From: a bacterium
GTDB taxonomy: Bacteria; Verrucomicrobiota; Lentisphaeria; Victivallales; GWF2-38-69
Assembly: GCA_021781705.1 (NCBI GenBank)
Contig: JAJXWI010000001.1
Span: 4,904 to 68,903, forward strand
Direction: 5' to 3'
Length of the DNA stretch: 64,000 bases
Positions 10,273 through 18,971 of this stretch are shown piece after piece. Each line of letters opens with the position of its first letter. Positions within the stretch are counted from its first letter, which is position 1. A program made the position numbers and the translations under genes. The notes beneath the pieces are model-generated. The model saw nothing but the letters and a program-made list of their open reading frames with translations. It ran no database searches and was not told where the DNA came from.

Positions 10273-10468
10273 GTAGGGCGTGTCTCTCCGAGACCGCCGA
10301 AAAAGCGGACGCAAGGTAGGGGCATCTCTTCGCAGATGCCCGATTAATTGTGCGGACGCCTCGGAGGTGCGTCCCTACCCATCGAAAATAATATATGGGA
10401 ATGTGTGGTAGGGTCAGATCCCCGAGCTGACCGCTATTGACGGACGGTTACGGAGAACCGTCCCTACC
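10272..10468 (+). repeat. REP cluster, left copy (five GC-rich hairpins bounded by GTAGGG/CCCTAC)
   Basis: Hairpins seen: GTCTC-TCC-GAGAC, GGGCATCT-CTTCGC-AGATGCCC, GGACGC-CTCGGAGGT-GCGTCC, GGTCAG-ATCCCCGAG-CTGACC and GGACGGTT-ACGGAG-AACCGTCC. Several are preceded by GGTAGGG or followed by CCCTACC. Confidence 0.85.
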
Positions 10469-10494
10469 AAAAGTCATGAAGGGGAAATGAAATT

Positions 10495-10965
10495 ATGGAT
10501 AAAAATCTACCGAATCGAAAAATGCTACCCCACAGCGTGCCTTATTGGTTGACGGAAAGTCCCATTTATTTTTTTACCGTTTGCGCAAGTCCGAGGGGAG
10601 AAAATCAGTTATGCAAAAAAGATATATCCGAAAAGCTTTGGGAAAGCGCATATTTTTATATGAAGAATGGAGATTGGTGGATATACTGTTTTCTGCTGAT
10701 GCCGGATCATATTCATGCCTTGATTGGGCTTTCTATGAAAACAGGGCTTGCCGATTCTGTGGCATTATGGAAACGATATGCGGCCAGGAATTTAAAGATA
10801 AACTGGCAGCGGGATTTTTTTGATCATAGGCTTAGAAGAGAGGAGTCAATAATCAATAAAACTCAATACGTATTAAATAATCCAGTCAGGGCAGGATTGA
10901 CAGAAAGTTATGAACAGTGGCCGTATTATTGGGGATTTAATTCAGATGGAAGGAGTATAAGGTAG
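10495..10965 (+). CDS. REP-associated tyrosine transposase (RAYT; IS200/IS605 TnpA-like Y1 transposase)
   Basis: 156 aa with the HUH motif in LLMPDHIHALI and the catalytic Tyr motif YVLNNPVRAGL. It is flanked by REP clusters. Confidence 0.85.
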   Translation: MDKNLPNRKMLPHSVPYWLTESPIYFFTVCASPRGENQLCKKDISEKLWESAYFYMKNGDWWIYCFLLMPDHIHALIGLSMKTGLADSVALWKRYAARNLKINWQRDFFDHRLRREESIINKTQYVLNNPVRAGLTESYEQWPYYWGFNSDGRSIR

Positions 10966-11158
10966 GGCGGGTCTCTCCGAGACCGCCGAAAAAGCGGACG
11001 CAAGGTAGGGGCATCTCTCCGTAGATGTCAGATTGATTATGCGGACGCCTCGGAGATGCGTCCCTACCCATCGAAAATAATATATGGGAAGATGTGATAG
11101 GGTCAGATCTCCGAGCTGACCGCTCTTGACGGACGGTTGCGGAGAACCGTCCCTACCC
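10961..11158 (+). repeat. REP cluster, right copy (direct repeat of 10272-10468)
   Basis: It aligns colinearly with the left copy. By eye there are about 14 substitutions and 1 indel in ~198 nt. Confidence 0.85.
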
Positions 11159-11326
11159 AAAGAACAGGTATGAGAAAATATTAAAGGACTACGCTGATGA
11201 AGTTCAAGATTGTAAATTGTGTTGTTGTGCCATGCAAAAAATTATAATATTTTGTATGTTACAATCGGATAAATATAGAAATAGCACCCGTTGTAAAACT
11301 CAGGAACACTTAAACGAGCTGGGATT

Positions 11327-12442
11327 ATGAGTTGGAAGAGAGTAAAGGTTCATGATTGTATTGAATTCTTCAATGGGAAAGGGATAAAAACAGAATTACA
11401 TACTGGAGACAATCCAATTTATGGGGCCAATGGGATAATAGGTTCTACAAAAGAAAGTAACTATAGCAATGGAATTATAATTGGTCGAGTAGGTGCATAT
11501 TGTGGAGCTGTCCAGGTAGAAAAAGGTACATTTTGGGCAACTGATAACACGATAGTAGCTAAGGCAAAAAGAGATAATGACAATCAGTTTTGGTATTATC
11601 AGTTTTCAGACTTAAAATTGAATAAATATGCAGGTGGAGCAGCTCAGCCACTTGTTACTCAGTCAGTCTTAAAAGAGATAGATATAGACCTTCCGCCGCT
11701 TGAGACACAGAAGCGGATAGCTAAGATATTATCGGCGTATGATGACCTGATAGAAAATAACCTCAAGAGAATAAAACTTCTCGAAGAAGCCGCTCAGAAT
11801 ATCTACAAGGAATGGTTTGTGAATTTCCGCTTCCCTGGCTCAGAACATACCGAGTTCATCAACGGCCTCCCCAATGGCTGGGAGAGAAAGGCATATTCTA
11901 AAGTAGCTGAGTTTGTTAATGGATTTGCCTTCAAGCCAAGTCATCATTTCTATGACGGAATACCAATTATAAAAATTAAAGAATTAAAAAGCGGTATTGC
12001 AGAAGATACGCCAAGAAATTCAGGTGAGGATATTCCACTTAAATACCACTTCGATGATGGCAGCATCATCTTCAGTTGGTCTGCCGACATTGATGCATAT
12101 TGGTGGTCAAATGGCAAAGCCTTACTGAATCAACACTTATTTTTGGTATTGCCTAGTTATCCGAATGCCAACGAGTATTTCTATTTTGCATTAAAAAATT
12201 CAATGCAAGACTTTAGAAACAGAACAACAGGCGCAACAATGAAACACATCAAGAGAACTGAACTTGACAATGTTTTATGCGTTGTACCTGTAGAAGATAC
12301 GGTGAAAGAATTCTGTAAAGTAACTTCTCCAATACTAAGCCTTATAACAAACTTAAATCAACAGAACCAGAAACTCAAAGAGGCGCGGGATATTTTGCTG
12401 CCACGGTTGATGAATAGAACGATAGAGGTTGGTGGTTCGTAG
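11327..12442 (+). CDS. hsdS: type I restriction-modification system, specificity subunit S
   Basis: Two variable target-recognition halves are separated by the conserved helical spacer LPPLETQKRIAKILSAYDDLIENNLKRIKLLEE. A related C-terminal helix is QNQKLKEARDILLPRLMN. Confidence 0.85.
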   Translation: MSWKRVKVHDCIEFFNGKGIKTELHTGDNPIYGANGIIGSTKESNYSNGIIIGRVGAYCGAVQVEKGTFWATDNTIVAKAKRDNDNQFWYYQFSDLKLNKYAGGAAQPLVTQSVLKEIDIDLPPLETQKRIAKILSAYDDLIENNLKRIKLLEEAAQNIYKEWFVNFRFPGSEHTEFINGLPNGWERKAYSKVAEFVNGFAFKPSHHFYDGIPIIKIKELKSGIAEDTPRNSGEDIPLKYHFDDGSIIFSWSADIDAYWWSNGKALLNQHLFLVLPSYPNANEYFYFALKNSMQDFRNRTTGATMKHIKRTELDNVLCVVPVEDTVKEFCKVTSPILSLITNLNQQNQKLKEARDILLPRLMNRTIEVGGS

Positions 12443-12461
12443 TTGGTGGTTCGTGGTTGAC
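12427..12461 (+). repeat. heptad tandem repeat (GGTTGGT GGTTCGT AGTTGGT GGTTCGT GGTTGAC)
   Basis: Five consecutive 7-nt units read directly. They overlap the last hsdS codons (VGGS-stop) and supply the TTGACA of the downstream promoter candidate. Confidence 0.8.
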
Positions 12462-12496
12462 ATGGAGAGCGTTTTGCTGTATTATTTGTAATACAA
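12457..12496 (+). promoter_or_regulatory. candidate sigma70-type promoter and palindromic operator for relBE(-hsdR)
   Basis: TTGACA (12457-12462), a 17-nt spacer, then TATTAT (12480-12485). The palindrome TTGTAATACAA (12486-12496) follows, then an AGAGGAGG SD before the relB-like ATG at 12516. Confidence 0.45.
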
Positions 12497-12515
12497 CAAA
12501 AAGAGGAGGCGTGAA

Positions 12516-12746
12516 ATGAGCGTAATGACTTTAAGATTACCCGAAAAAATAGAGAAAGAGTTATCGGAACTCGTTAAGACAACAGGACATACAAAGAGCT
12601 ATTTCGTTAATGAGGCAATGAAGACATACCTGGAGGACAGGAAGGACTACATCAAAGCGGCGGCTATTCTGGAAAAGATTGAAGCTGGAGAGATGAAGAC
12701 AAGACCTCTGAAAGAGATTATGGCGAAGTATGACCTGGGAAATTGA
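12516..12746 (+). CDS. ribbon-helix-helix antitoxin (RelB/ParD/CopG-like)
   Basis: 76 aa. The N-terminal MTLRLPEKIEKELSELVKTTGHTKSYFVNEAMKTYL fits a beta-strand plus two-helix RHH pattern. It overlaps the toxin gene by 17 nt. Confidence 0.75.
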   Translation: MSVMTLRLPEKIEKELSELVKTTGHTKSYFVNEAMKTYLEDRKDYIKAAAILEKIEAGEMKTRPLKEIMAKYDLGN

Positions 12747-12996
12747 AGTATCGAAAGAAGCAGAGAGACTTCTTGATAAGCTGGCAAAGTCTGACAAGAA
12801 GACTCTAAACTTGATTTATAAGAAGTTGATGGTATTTGCTGAAAACCCGAGACAGTTTGGCAAAGCTCTCACAGGCGATAAGCAGGGAATATGGCGATAC
12901 AGAGTGGGAGATTATAGGATTCTATGCCAACTGAAAGACAAAAAGCTGATAATGCTTGTTCTGATAATAGACCACAGAAAGGATGTTTACAGATAG
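12730..12996 (+). CDS. type II toxin, RelE/ParE superfamily
   Basis: 88 aa. WRYRVGDYRILCQLKDKKLIMLVLIIDHRKDVYR is a typical RelE/StbE C-terminus. Confidence 0.8.
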   Translation: MTWEIEVSKEAERLLDKLAKSDKKTLNLIYKKLMVFAENPRQFGKALTGDKQGIWRYRVGDYRILCQLKDKKLIMLVLIIDHRKDVYR

Positions 12997-13002
12997 GGAA
13001 AT

Positions 13003-16000
13003 ATGAGCTCTGATTATTCGGAAGATAAGCTGATAGAGCAGACCTGTATAGAGCTATTTAAGGATAAGCTCAAATGGGATACGATAAATGTTTACGGCGG
13101 TGAAGAGCTTGGCGTTACTGGCACGCTCGGACGGAATTCTGAGGCAGAAGTTATACTCAAGGGGCGTTTCTACGATGCGATAAAGAAGCTAAATCCCGCC
13201 CTTCCCACTCAGGCTTACGATAAAGCGTATGAGGAAATCATCTCCGATAGTGCGACCAAAACACTGTCTGAGCTCAATCAGGAGAAGTACAACTTTCTGA
13301 GGGACGGGATAGGAATTACCTTCAAGAACAAGAAGGGAGAGATTATCAGGAACAGGAAGATAAAGGTCTTCGACTTTGAGAACCCATTGAATAATGATTT
13401 CCTGGCAGTCCAGCAGTTATGGATAGAAGGAAAATCCAAACGCAAAAAGAGGCCTGATATTGTGGGTTTTGTCAACGGGATACCGTTATTATTTATCGAA
13501 CTCAAATCACATCATCAAAAACTCAAGGTAGCTTATGAAAAGAACCTCTCCGACTACAAGGACACTATCCCGAAACTTTTCCACTGCAACGCATTTATCA
13601 TACTGAGCAACGGTATTGAGAGCAAAATAGGAGCCATCACAAGCAAGTATGAGCATTTCAACGATTGGAAGCGAATAGAAGAAAAAGAGGAAGGAATCGT
13701 AAGCCTTGATACAATTATTCTGGGGGTTTGCGAGAAGAGACGCATTCTTGACTTATTCGAGAACTTTATTCTGTACGATACGACGATAGGTTCTGTGATT
13801 AAGCTCATAGCCAGGAACCATCAGTTTATCGGAGTTAATAAGGCTATTAACCATCTGAAGAAACAGCAGTCGCTCTTGCAGGCAGAAAAGATAAGGCCTG
13901 CCGATGCACAGAAGCTGGGCGTATTCTGGCATACGCAGGGGTCTGGCAAGTCGTACTCAATGGTTTTCTTCTGCCAGAAAATTAATCGTAAAATGGGCGG
14001 AGCGTATACCTTTATCATAGTTACGGACAGAGTGGAGCTGGACAAGCAGATTTACGGGACATTCGCAGGAGTCGGAGCCGCAACAGGCGATAATTCCAAG
14101 GCAGATAGCGGAGCGGAGTTAAAAGAGCTTCTCAAAACAGGCGATAAGTATATCTTCACGCTTATTCATAAGTTCAACTTCACTGAAACCGTAACTGAGA
14201 GAAGCAATATCATTGTTATCTCCGATGAAGCGCACAGGACACAGAACGGCACGCTAGCTGTCAATATGAGAAAGGCTCTCCCCAATGCTTCATTTATAGG
14301 GTTTACAGGGACGCCGCTCTTCAAGGACGATGAACTCACCAGAAGGATATTCGGAAAATATGTATCTGTCTATGACTTCAAGAGGTCTGTCGAGGACGGT
14401 GCGACAGTGCCGCTCTATTATGAGAACAGAGGCGAAAAGCTAAAGCTGAAAAATCCCACAATAAACGACGAAATCAGAAACGCAATAGAGGAAGCCGACC
14501 TCGATGATGACCAGGAAGAGAAACTCAAAAGACTTTTCGCAAGAGATTATCCCATCCTTACGGCGGAAAAGAGATTGCGCTCAATCGCAACAGATGTAGT
14601 GAAGCATTTCAACGGGCGAGGCTACAGAGGAAAGGGAATGTTCGTAGCTCTGGACAAGGTGACCGCTGTCAGGATGTACAGCTACATTGACGAGGAATGG
14701 AAGAAATATCTCATTAAGCGAAAAGCTGAAATTGACAAAATGACCGACGAGCAGGAACAGCTTATTGAATACAAAAGGCTTCAATGGTCAGAAGAGACCG
14801 AAATCGCAGTTATCATAAGCCACGAACAGAATGAAATAAGCAAGTTTAAAGCCTGGGGTCTGGACATTGAAGAGCATCGGCTGAAAATGAATGAACGAGA
14901 TCTGGAGAAGGAGTTCAAGGACGAGAACCATCCTTTCAGGTTTGCCATAGTCTGTGCAATGTGGATTACAGGCTTTGACGTAAAGAGCCTTTCAACTATG
15001 TATATCGATAAGCCGCTCAAATCTCACACCCTGATGCAGACAATAGCCAGGGCAAATAGAGTTCACGAAGGAAAAAATAACGGCCTTATCGTGGATTATA
15101 TCGAAACTTATAAGGCTCTGCTCCAGGCCTTGGCAATCTACGCTATTGGCGGCAAAAAGGACGGCGGAGAGATTGAACAGCCCGTCAAGCCATTGGAAGA
15201 ACTCATAGAAGAACTCGAAGAGGCGCTTAACGCTACAAAATCCTTTTCGAAAGATGAACTTAACTTTGAAATTGAAGCCATTATTGAAGCTCAAGGACTG
15301 CGCAAATTAAAAGCAATTAAGGATGGAGTCGGAGCTGTTTGTACCAATGACGAGACCAGAAATAAATTCGGGATACTTGCCAGGGAAGTATTTAAGAAAT
15401 ACAAAGCCCTTATGCCTGAGGATGCTATCTATAAATTCCAGGCAGAAAGAGACGCTATCAATGCGATGTACTCCGTAATCAACCAGAATACTGAGGATGC
15501 AGACATTACAGCAATTGTCAAGCAGGTTCAGGATGTAGTAGATAAATCCATAGAGAGCCTTAATATTGAACTTCTACCTGTAGAAGGGCACGGCAACAGG
15601 TTTGACCTGAGCAGTCTTGATTTTGAAAAAATCAGGGGCGAGTTTGATAAACTTAAAGAGAAAGGACTGCAGAATATCGCCGTCCAGTCGCTCAAGGAGA
15701 AACTCGAAAAACAGCTTAAACGAATGATTGAAAAGAACCCATACCGCATAAACTTCTATGAACGGTATCAGGAAATCATAGAAGAATACAACAACGGCAA
15801 AGACTATAAGGCTGTCAAAGAGATATTCGACAAACTCATAGACGAGTTCAAGAAGATAGCAGAAGAGGAAAAACGAGGCATAAGGGAGAACCTTAATGAG
15901 GATGAGCTGGCTGTTTTCGATATGCTTGGCAAAAACAAGAAAATAAACGATAAAGAAAAAACCGAACTCAAGAATGCTGCCAGGAAACTATTAAAACGGC

Positions 16001-16209
16001 TCAAGAATAAGGAATTTAAAGTCGAATACTGGCCTGATAAAGTTCAAACAGCTGCGGCTGTCAGAACTACCATAAATGACTACCTGTTCCAATACCTCCC
16101 CCATCCCGTTTACGACGATGATGACAGAATCGCGAAAATAGAAATTCTCTATGATTTCTTCAAAGCCCGTTACTCGGACTTTGCCAGTGTAACGGCTATA
16201 AATATGTAG
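13003..16209 (+). CDS. hsdR: type I restriction-modification system, restriction (helicase-nuclease) subunit R
   Basis: 1068 aa with SF2 motif I HTQGSGKS, motif II ISDEAHRTQ (DEAH), motif VI QTIARANR, and a long helical C-terminal region. It starts 7 nt after the relE-like stop. Confidence 0.9.
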   Translation: MSSDYSEDKLIEQTCIELFKDKLKWDTINVYGGEELGVTGTLGRNSEAEVILKGRFYDAIKKLNPALPTQAYDKAYEEIISDSATKTLSELNQEKYNFLRDGIGITFKNKKGEIIRNRKIKVFDFENPLNNDFLAVQQLWIEGKSKRKKRPDIVGFVNGIPLLFIELKSHHQKLKVAYEKNLSDYKDTIPKLFHCNAFIILSNGIESKIGAITSKYEHFNDWKRIEEKEEGIVSLDTIILGVCEKRRILDLFENFILYDTTIGSVIKLIARNHQFIGVNKAINHLKKQQSLLQAEKIRPADAQKLGVFWHTQGSGKSYSMVFFCQKINRKMGGAYTFIIVTDRVELDKQIYGTFAGVGAATGDNSKADSGAELKELLKTGDKYIFTLIHKFNFTETVTERSNIIVISDEAHRTQNGTLAVNMRKALPNASFIGFTGTPLFKDDELTRRIFGKYVSVYDFKRSVEDGATVPLYYENRGEKLKLKNPTINDEIRNAIEEADLDDDQEEKLKRLFARDYPILTAEKRLRSIATDVVKHFNGRGYRGKGMFVALDKVTAVRMYSYIDEEWKKYLIKRKAEIDKMTDEQEQLIEYKRLQWSEETEIAVIISHEQNEISKFKAWGLDIEEHRLKMNERDLEKEFKDENHPFRFAIVCAMWITGFDVKSLSTMYIDKPLKSHTLMQTIARANRVHEGKNNGLIVDYIETYKALLQALAIYAIGGKKDGGEIEQPVKPLEELIEELEEALNATKSFSKDELNFEIEAIIEAQGLRKLKAIKDGVGAVCTNDETRNKFGILAREVFKKYKALMPEDAIYKFQAERDAINAMYSVINQNTEDADITAIVKQVQDVVDKSIESLNIELLPVEGHGNRFDLSSLDFEKIRGEFDKLKEKGLQNIAVQSLKEKLEKQLKRMIEKNPYRINFYERYQEIIEEYNNGKDYKAVKEIFDKLIDEFKKIAEEEKRGIRENLNEDELAVFDMLGKNKKINDKEKTELKNAARKLLKRLKNKEFKVEYWPDKVQTAAAVRTTINDYLFQYLPHPVYDDDDRIAKIEILYDFFKARYSDFASVTAINM

Positions 16210-16344
16210 CGTAAATACTAAAGGCAGATACTTAAGGGAAAACACATAGGAGATTTCAGGGTAGATTTAGTAGCAGAAGATGACATGGGTAATTCTGTCA
16301 TAATTTAGTGACAGTGTCGCAGTATTAAAACAAACCAGGCTTTG

Positions 16345-18675
16345 CTATCGCAATCTGCAGATATAAGACGCAGCGACTGCCTGTCCGAACGAAATTCCTC
16401 CGTCATTCGGCGGGACGTTTTCATGAATGTGTACATTGAGCTTAAACCGTTCAGAGAGCAGTTCTGAAACCAGCCTAGTAAGAATTTTATTCATAAACAC
16501 CCCGCCGGAGAGGACTATATTTTTCACAGCCGTCTGGGAGAGTCCGAACTCTACCATTTTGGATATTGCTGAGGCTGCCACGACATGAAAGTCAAAAGCG
16601 TATTGATGCATGAGCGCAAGGTAGTTTTTGTCTCTATGCATACTGTTTATAAACTCCGGCGAAAAATTTTTAAAAGTCTGAGCCCAATCTATAAAAAGCA
16701 TACCATTAATTTCGCTGGCGGAATACTCAAACATGTTATTTTTACTCGCAGTTTTTGTTTTATTAGCTTCTGTTTCCAGCATTATTGCGGCCTCCCCTTC
16801 GTAGGTAATTGTTTTGGGAGCGATTCCAAGCATCACCGATATTGAATCAAACAGCCTGCCTGCGGCATGGGTTAAAGGAGAATTTATGCTTTTCTCATAT
16901 TGCTGTTTAAGCAAGGCGAGTTCTAATTCCGTTATTCCCATAATTCCGGTAGTTTTTTCCTGTATATCTATTCCTGCGTCAATCCATCTGCTTATCAGCT
17001 GGCGGGCTGGTCTGATGACAGAAGCGTCGCCTCCCAGAAGTTTTACTGCTTTAAACGTTGACAGCCTTTCGAAGGATCCTCTGTTAACGTGCAAAAGTTC
17101 TGCTCCCCATATCGTATTGTCCAGCCCCAGTCCTGTTCCGTCAAAAACGACAGCGAGAGCTTCTTCCAGGTTATGTTCGGCCATGCATGAACAAGCATGG
17201 GCGTGATGATGCTGAATTTCAATAACGGGTATATTTTTTTCTCGAGCAAGTTTATGTCCGAGAATTGTAGAATGCATATCCGGGTGCATATCTACTGCAA
17301 TGACCTCCGGTTCCTGTCTGAAAAACAATGGAAATTCTTTCACGGTTTGTTCAAGGCCGCTTATTGCTTCCGGAGTTTCCAGATCGCCTATGTGCGGTGA
17401 TAGTATCGCCTCGCTGCCGAAAGCGAGAGTAACTGTATTTTTTAATTCTGCTCCCATTGCAAGAATAGTTTTTCCTGCTTTTTTATTCAGTTTAATTGAT
17501 TCTGGGGCATAACCTCTGGCCCTTCTCCATACTTGCGCTTTCCCATTTTGAATAGTTACCAAGGAGTCGTCGTTCCTGAGATTTATTTCTCTGTTGTGAC
17601 AAAGAAAAGCGTCGGCTATTCCATTTAACATCAAAAAAGCCTCTTCATTTTTTATGCAGACGGGTTCTCCTCGTTTATTACCGCTCGTCATCACCAGCAT
17701 ATTTATTTCCTCGTCAAAAAGCAGGCAATGGAGAGGAGAATAAGGAATCATAACACCAAGCGTGTTTGTATCGGGTGATAGCAACCCAACTGGCAGATCG
17801 GTTTTAGCAAAATCTTTCAGTTTCAAAACCAGAATTGGAGATGCTGGAGAAGTTAATAACTTTTCTTCTTCCAAAGAAAGTTCACAATATTTTTTTATGG
17901 TTTCGATATCTTTTGCCATAACGGCAAAGGGCTTTGAGGGCCTTTCCTTGCGCTTACGAATGGCAATGATGGCATCTTTGTTATAAGCGTCAAACGCCAA
18001 CAGGTACCCGCCAATTCCTCTAACAGCTACGATGGCGCCCGATTTTATGAGTTTCTTGACTTCTGCAAGACAGTCATCTGTGTTGATAATGCTTCCGTTT
18101 TTGTCGCATAGAAAAAGTTTCGGCCCGCACTGCGGACAGGCAATACTTTCCGCATGAAAGCGCCTGTTTGATGGATCTGTATATTCTTTTTTACAGTCAT
18201 TGCATAATTCAAATTCAGAAAGAGTAGTTCTGCAGCGGTCGTAAGGCATCGCATTTACGACAGTGTATCGCGGGCCGCAGTTTACGCACGTCGTGAAGGG
18301 GTATTTATAGCGCCTCTCGGAAGGGCTAATTATTTCATCTCTACATTCTTTGCATATTGCAAGGTCTACAGGAATTGAAATTTTGTATGTAGAATCGCTT
18401 TCGCTTTCCAATATTTTAAATGGACTCTTTTGTTCGCACGGCTGGCTCTTGATTAATTTTATAGAGTTTATCTTTGCAATGACAGGCAGATTTCCAGGCA
18501 GCTTCTGAACAAAATTCAATATAGAACTTTCTTCTCCTTCCAGAATAAGCAGTACCTTTCCCGAACAGTTTTGTATTGTTCCACCAATACCTGAAGCCAT
18601 AGCAAGATTGTATATAGCCGGCCGGAATCCAACCCCCTGCACTATCCCTTCTATCTCATATGTCCGCCTGATCAT
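16345..18675 (-). CDS. hypF: [NiFe]-hydrogenase maturation carbamoyltransferase HypF
   Basis: Acylphosphatase domain (YEIEGIVQGVGFRP), two paired CxxC zinc fingers (CKECRDE..CVNCGPRY and CNDCKKEY..CPQCGPK), a YrdC-like domain and a Kae1-like C-terminal domain (HHHAH). Confidence 0.9.
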   Translation of the reverse strand: MIRRTYEIEGIVQGVGFRPAIYNLAMASGIGGTIQNCSGKVLLILEGEESSILNFVQKLPGNLPVIAKINSIKLIKSQPCEQKSPFKILESESDSTYKISIPVDLAICKECRDEIISPSERRYKYPFTTCVNCGPRYTVVNAMPYDRCRTTLSEFELCNDCKKEYTDPSNRRFHAESIACPQCGPKLFLCDKNGSIINTDDCLAEVKKLIKSGAIVAVRGIGGYLLAFDAYNKDAIIAIRKRKERPSKPFAVMAKDIETIKKYCELSLEEEKLLTSPASPILVLKLKDFAKTDLPVGLLSPDTNTLGVMIPYSPLHCLLFDEEINMLVMTSGNKRGEPVCIKNEEAFLMLNGIADAFLCHNREINLRNDDSLVTIQNGKAQVWRRARGYAPESIKLNKKAGKTILAMGAELKNTVTLAFGSEAILSPHIGDLETPEAISGLEQTVKEFPLFFRQEPEVIAVDMHPDMHSTILGHKLAREKNIPVIEIQHHHAHACSCMAEHNLEEALAVVFDGTGLGLDNTIWGAELLHVNRGSFERLSTFKAVKLLGGDASVIRPARQLISRWIDAGIDIQEKTTGIMGITELELALLKQQYEKSINSPLTHAAGRLFDSISVMLGIAPKTITYEGEAAIMLETEANKTKTASKNNMFEYSASEINGMLFIDWAQTFKNFSPEFINSMHRDKNYLALMHQYAFDFHVVAASAISKMVEFGLSQTAVKNIVLSGGVFMNKILTRLVSELLSERFKLNVHIHENVPPNDGGISFGQAVAASYICRLR

Positions 18676-18685
18676 AATTTTCTTT

Positions 18686-18805
18686 CCCTAGCAGCCTGCC
18701 GGACTTCGTCTCGACAGCCTGCTAATAAAATTCTCCCCAGGAAAAATTTACTGAATACGTATTGCCTAGCAGTTTATCTGGCTTTACACGACAAACTGCC
18801 GGGGA
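18686..18805. repeat. second palindromic repeat family (CTAGCAG...CTGC units), two tandem units
   Basis: CCTAGCAGCCTGCCGG...CAGCCTGCTAA is followed by CCTAGCAGTTTATCTGGCTTTACACGACAAACTGCCGGGG. The second unit resembles 29193-29232. Confidence 0.6.
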
Positions 18806-18971
18806 AAGAAAATTATATATTTTTCTGAAGAAAACAAGAGCAATGAATTTATATTATAAAAACTATAGTGTCTTCCCTAATTTTCGTGTCGTGAATTTTA
18901 AAGTTCATTTGTTTGTGTTACAGTAGAAGACAATTTAGTTTTTTAAGTTTTTTTATCAGAGGTTTTTTATA

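Larger units (their letters stand above)
10272..11158 (+). mobile_element. REPtron-like cassette: REP cluster - RAYT gene - REP cluster
   Basis: Two ~198-nt multi-hairpin blocks (10272-10468 and 10961-11158) flank an IS200/IS605-type Y1 transposase-like gene. See the component features. Confidence 0.75.

Noticed and set aside
10272-11158. Whether the regularly structured GC-rich repeats could be a CRISPR array.
   Set aside because: The units are heterogeneous hairpins rather than one conserved repeat. Spacing is irregular, the two big blocks are copies of each other including the would-be spacers, and no cas genes are present.
10942-11160. Track ORFs that read through GC-rich REP elements: 10942..11160, 32172..32369, 32185..32391, 32240..32494, 37994..38230 and 63342..63545. 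The 1351..1635 ORF is antisense to the flavoprotein gene.
   Set aside because: They coincide with palindromic repeat clusters that are stop-poor only because of their GC richness. They lack an SD and have no coding-like composition or family resemblance.
7326-16340. Calling the tRNA-His-adjacent block an integrative genomic island.
   Set aside because: No integrase or excisionase is present, and I could not find a direct repeat of the tRNA 3' end by eye. Only the weaker claim of a defence cluster is kept.
13278-18254. Numerous 60-130-aa antisense or out-of-frame ORFs inside hsdR and hypF. The same occurs inside recJ, EF-G, the Hsp70 genes and the GH64-like gene.
   Set aside because: These are shadow ORFs within long, well-supported genes. 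They have low-complexity Ser/Leu/Phe-rich translations and no independent start signals.
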